Assembly (NCBI GenBank): GCA_973895155.1
Contig: OZ316893.1
Coordinates: 12,540,359-12,604,358 of the forward strand
Direction: 5' to 3'
From: Marsupella aquatica
Taxonomy: Eukaryota > Plantae > Marchantiophyta
DNA: 64,000 nt
Positions 59,201 through 64,000 of the stretch are shown here, piece after piece. Position 1 is the first letter of the stretch. Each line of letters starts with the position of its first letter. The notes beneath the pieces are model-generated. The model made no database searches, was not told where the DNA came from, and saw only the letters and a list, made by a program, of their open reading frames with translations. Both the position numbers and the translations under genes were made by a program.

Positions 59201-60980
59201 TGGCATCCATGGCTTGATGTCACTTGATGGTCGATGTCTGCCAAAATTGCTTTCTCGTGTTCTTCCGTCAGTATTTCCGACTGCAACAAAACACAACCAA
59301 AAGTCTATCAGAAATCAGACAGTGCATTGAAGTCTCTAACTCCAGAACACAGGCAAAAGCCAGGACAGATAGTCGATGGACCATCCCCCTACAAGCTTTG
59401 CGGTCACAGAATAGCTGAGTCGATCGATCATCATGTCCAGTTGTTCCACTCAGTCGGGATCGATCATCACGTCCAGTTGTTCCACTCAGTCGGGCACTCA
59501 TTGCGTACGATTAGATTTTATTTTGTTTTAGTGAATTGAAGTCTGTGACTTAGCAAATTGAGAATAGTGGTGCACATTGCTAATTCTAGTATATCGATAC
59601 ATTGAGAACAGGGAATCAAAGGATGAGCGACCCTGGGAAGACTGAGTCAGCTGCGTCCTCACAAGTCCCTGTTAAGTACGACACCGAGCCACATCTTTGG
59701 CAGAAACATCGTAGCTTAAGCCCTGAACGTTGTTCTCGGATGACTCCCAAGTCAGAAGGTCTATTAATTGTCTGAGATGACCCCATTCGGTCTCGGACAA
59801 GCTCTCCACATTTCTGACTTAGACAAGACCGATTTTGATAGCTGATAGCTGCTCTCTGTCGGGAGTTAAACCTCGTGTCAATGAACTCCCCTCCAGTGCA
59901 TCAGGAAACCAACCTTGAGTGACGTGCCTATGCGAAGGAGCTCAAAGATTATCGGTCGCCTAGAGTGAGCACAAAGCATTTGCGGCTGGAGGTAGGAATT
60001 CAACAAGATTTTACATAGAATGCACCTATTGCACTACCATCGGTGCCAGATGATTTTGCTTCAATTAAAAGAACAGTATGCGGAAGGACTAAACAATACA
60101 GTAAGTGCGAAAGGCTTATGAATCAAGTAATACTCACTTTCAGCCTCTTCTTGTTTAGTCCTTCCTTCGCGCTTTTTTTTATTGCAGCAACGACAACCAT
60201 CCGCGTTTTTGCAAATGCTGGATGAGAGTTTATGTTGAAGTCTCTCTCAACTAGATTTGTCTGTTCTGTCAAGGACCTGATGTCACTCGCTCTTCTGATG
60301 ATCCGATTGAATCCATTACACATGTTCATAAGCGTGGATGAGGGATAAGGTGTCCCATCGACCTTAACAACTCTGGAAAATAGGTTACTCAATAACTCAT
60401 CGAGTTGCCTCAATGGCAAGTCTCCTAAACCTATAGACATGTCCCAACCTAACCCTTTCCTCAGGTCGTTAGCTCGCTTCGAGGCCCACTTGTCATTGTT
60501 CTCTGAAGGAAGTCTCTCCTTTCCTTTCCCTGCATCTGCTAAACCAGGGTCGGGGAGCGCCCGCAGCCCTGGCATGCTTACCTTTGTTGCCTCTGTAGCC
60601 TCGATCTGTCCGTCGTTAGGAATGTTTACACAATTCTCAGCAAGAACAGTGACGATATTGACTGTTGCACTCTCTCTGGATAACTCATCAAAAACATTTG
60701 ATAAATCAGGACTATCTACATCCATCTCCTCACCAGCGATCAACTCATCGACTAATAGGAAATCAGAGTCTTCAGAGCTCCAGTGCTCTTCAACATCGGT
60801 TATTGCTCTGTCGATTGTCCCTGAATTGTCACTCACGTCCTTAACAATGCTCTCACTCACTTGCATTCCCCCACTCACGTCCGCCATCTCTTCGTCCAAG
60901 ACTTCACATCCAGCAAACATGGGTGCTATCGACATTAGTATTTCAGAGAATGAGACCAAACTCTCGACCTGGGCTAACAT
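56279..60980 (-). CDS. Crypton/DUF3504-type tyrosine recombinase, ~636 aa, at least 4 exons
   Basis: Exons 60980-60138, 59280-59081, 58898-58292 and 56539-56279 (three GTGAGT donors, CAG acceptors; 1911 nt, no stop). Motifs: LDELLSNLF..V.KVDGTPYPSSTL, LGIRGGMEL (Arg), ERLSKN (Lys), VWY...VG, TNRSGRAT (second Arg), ITGHRSTGGYKRY (His, Tyr) and C-terminal FHNCSVTI. The start codon and linkage of the last exon are less certain. Confidence 0.85.
59421..59494. repeat. 36-bp tandem duplication in recombinase intron 1
   Basis: GATCGATCATCAYGTCCAGTTGTTCCACTCAGTCGG occurs twice. Confidence 0.9.
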
Positions 60981-61749
60981 AGTTACTAAAAAGATTGTAG
61001 GTACACAGCGAATGAGAGTCTTCTATCAACTCGACTGTATGCAACTCAACTGTCTTCAAGGCGCTGTTGCAACTCGCATAGACAAACACAAATTCAAAAA
61101 GGATATCGGTCACTCCCCGCTCCATGCAACTCGCCATTCCTTCATCAACTTGCATGGAAACAAGATTGTCATCTGCCAGTCACCGCTCCAAGAAACTAGC
61201 AATTCTTGGCTGAAAGAAATTTGAACCCGATGCTGCCATTCCCCGCTCATTGCCACTGTACTCAATTGATCTCCATCGCTCCATTGATCTCCATTGCATT
61301 CAAGCTCTCCATTGGCGCTATTGATCGTTTCATCGTTGGCAGCTACTGCTGCTCGTCTGCACGAAGCTCAAACTCAAATCGGGTGCTACTGCTTGTCGCC
61401 TCCGCCCAAAGCTCAAACACAATTCGAAATGTTGAATGAGGAGCTAGGCGCCCCTTTCCTTCTTTACCCCGCTGCCACGGCTCGCACTGCATCGACGTTC
61501 CCGATTGATTGAACTGGTCACAGCCGGTAATATGGACTAAAAACCATGATTACGTACGTTAATAACGATCTCGGTCGTCCGTTACTACGTTGTACTGGCC
61601 CTCCCCGGTTCCTCCACAGTCGCTCCCGGCTACCGCCGGTCACAACTATGTCAGAACCTGGTCGTCCCATTACAACCTAGTAACGGTCGACCAGACCGTC
61701 ATTATCCTAGACATAAAAAACCCAACTTCGTCACGTCAGCGAGGTTCCT

Positions 61750-61982
61750 GATTTTTTGCCTTCCATTCCATTCGTTGAGTATCAGTTTCATTCAGTTTCG
61801 TTTCGGTGGGGTTTGCACTAGACGAGACAGTCGACGGAGGGGCAAGACGGGCGGCGGCCATTTTTCGGCGTTGGTCGTTCACAATTGGTTCCTGAAGCTT
61901 TTGGAAGAGATTCCTCGATCGGAGCGGGAATTGGAGCAGCGGTATTGACGGTCGAGTTCTGTCTGTCTCGTCGATCAGCAAG
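61750..61982 (+). other. Probable non-coding first exon of a downstream + strand transcript
   Basis: UTR-like sequence ending in a strong donor (CAAG/GTATGT at 61983). A candidate acceptor lies at 63883. No CDS recognised within the window. Confidence 0.3.
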
Positions 61983-64000
61983 GTATGTGTATGATCGATT
62001 GCGAGCTTTTTTGGATTTGCGAATGAATGATGATGCTGCAGTCATTGACGTCTTCAGGTCTTAGATTGCGTATGGCTGAAACATTGGACAGTTTTCAGTT
62101 CCTGTAAGATCAACTCGAAATGCTCGACGTCGGTGGCCTGGAATAATCTGGAAGCTAGGTTCTGCGGATAAAACTTCGCTTATCTTGGATAATGAGCTCA
62201 TTCGTGCGAGATCAAACCTTTTTGACTTGGACTTCCGCTGCCCACCTTTCAAAGTGCACGACCCTGGTAACTTTTCGATCATTATCTACGCAACGAGCCA
62301 CCTGCATTTTACAGACGGAGGCTGCCTCGGTCTGTCGAGAAGCTCGTTGTACCAGCGTCGTTCTCAGATGTGCTTCCGGTCTCGTTCGGAGTTAGTTTGC
62401 AAGTATCTAGCTAGATGGTGATGACCTAGAAAGCTATTCTGTACGCGTTACAACAGACTTCTCCAAGCTTATTGTCTTCAGATATTCTTCGGGCTGCTGA
62501 TACCTGAGGACTTGAAGAGGCTCTTCCTCGCATGAGAAATGACGCTGTCGTTATTGGACTCTGATTGGACATTCGTATCATATATGGCAGCCGTCTCCTG
62601 TAAACTGTACAGGAAAACAGCCTTAAACCCTGTCAAATGCAAGCACGGAGTTTATTGGCTTCTGATCACAACGTGCTAACATCCTAGCCTGCATCGATCT
62701 TAACAACATCCTACTTTTGGTGACACCACTGAAGTACGTTAAGCTCTTGTCAGTCTGCACAATTTCAATTCGCTACTGGCTCATTGAGGTGAAGCAACAC
62801 TTTCTTGGCTTCCTATTACAAGGGAGTCCTGACATGACACCGGCTAGGCCCTGTACGTCACTGTGAGCGAAATCCAACCCCACATTTTCTTTCTCTGGAT
62901 CAATTCTCTGTTTCTTCCTTGTCATTTTTCCTCGTTCACAAATCCTTTCGAACAGATTGTTCACCATATTCACGTAAGCGCTTCAGACTCTCCTAGCTGA
63001 ACTGCGTGCCTCTTACCGTGGTGTACTTCAAGATCACGATATCTACCCTATAGACCCTAAACTTCTTGACATTTATTGAGACTGTCAATTGCAGTTCAAT
63101 CTTTTACAATCAAGCAAATCAGTTCTGCTGAATGAATTGTACCCCACGCACTGAGTGTTTCCACTTTTTAGATCGAAAGTGAGTTCGATCCAGAATTCAA
63201 TGGTGTACAAAGATGTTGCACTTGAAGTGATTGGGTTGGTCGTTCGTCTCGGCTGCGAGAGACTGCTCGATACCGCCGAAACTGTATAGCTGCAGGCATA
63301 CGATCCAGCTCAGCTAAAATTTCTTTCCATGCCTCATTTTAGTTGACAATAACTGCATATTTTACTGTTTTTAAGAAATACTCTGTATAAGGAAATTACT
63401 AGCTTTGTGCACATGAGGGGAATTATGAATACAGTCTTCACCTCGATATCTTCCTCTGACCTAGAATTGGGGACCCCATAGACAAACTAGATAGCCAATA
63501 GAATTATTTGCATAGTGGCGTGCTGACCCTAAACTATAGCCAATAGAACCTTTATGAGTAAACCTTACTTGTACGGTGGTTTTATTACACCCTAATGATT
63601 GACAGTTGGATTAGGCGGTGATCGATTGTCATGTTCTCGCTACAAGCTATCTCAGCTCGGGAGTAGCTGGAGAGCGATACATTTTCCGCTTTCAGTCGAG
63701 GCCAATTATCTCTACTCTCTATGTGCGTCACGTACTCTTGCATAACCATTTACGATTTCACAAGGCCAGAAAACCCCGCGTAGCTACTGTAGCTGTACGT
63801 ACCCTCAAAGTGCCAGTCATCTAGAACCCTAAATTAAAGTTTCAGAAGCTCGCTGTTGTCGCATTTGAAATTTTGCTGTGCAGGTTTAAGATTTGATTGT
63901 TTGCCCTCACAATTCTGGGGATTGCTGTTTCGCAACAACGAATCTGTGCAATTGGTTCAGCAACGTCTTATATTTACATACCAGAGCCCGCCTTTGGTAC

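Larger units (their letters stand above)
55678..61555 (-). mobile_element. Crypton-like tyrosine-recombinase DNA element (~5.9 kb)
   Basis: 35-bp inverted repeats (30/35 identical) at 55678-55712 and 61521-61555 enclose a spliced tyrosine-recombinase gene. No RT, so not DIRS-like. Confidence 0.75.

Noticed and set aside
60439-61224. 261-aa plus-strand ORF
   Set aside because: Ser/Thr-rich antisense shadow of the recombinase first exon.

Overview
Eukaryotic, intron-rich (GT-AG) plant nuclear DNA. The gene set and repeat landscape suggest a non-seed land plant such as a liverwort, but this is inference only. Hand-reconstructed protein genes: the 3' part of peptidyl-tRNA hydrolase 2 (45-1296, +), a 2-exon alpha/beta-hydrolase-fold protein (2143-3926, -), a 6-exon mitochondrial NFU Fe-S carrier (6992-10217, +) and a 19-exon dipeptidyl peptidase III (44356-54617, +). 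The peptidase carries the animal/fungal-type HELLGH and EECRAE motifs and has no Nudix domain. 10.8-44 kb has no convincing protein gene and holds transposon relics (copia RNase H plus LTR, a probable solo LTR, long inverted repeats, an RLE-type non-LTR relic, a MITE), tandem repeats and probable spliced non-coding transcripts. The most notable object is a ~5.9-kb Crypton-like element (55678-61555). It has an open, spliced tyrosine-recombinase gene bracketed by two loxP/dif-like arm-8bp-arm sites, with a helically phased CTGACA array just inside one end. All coordinates and alignments were done by eye; no database search was possible.
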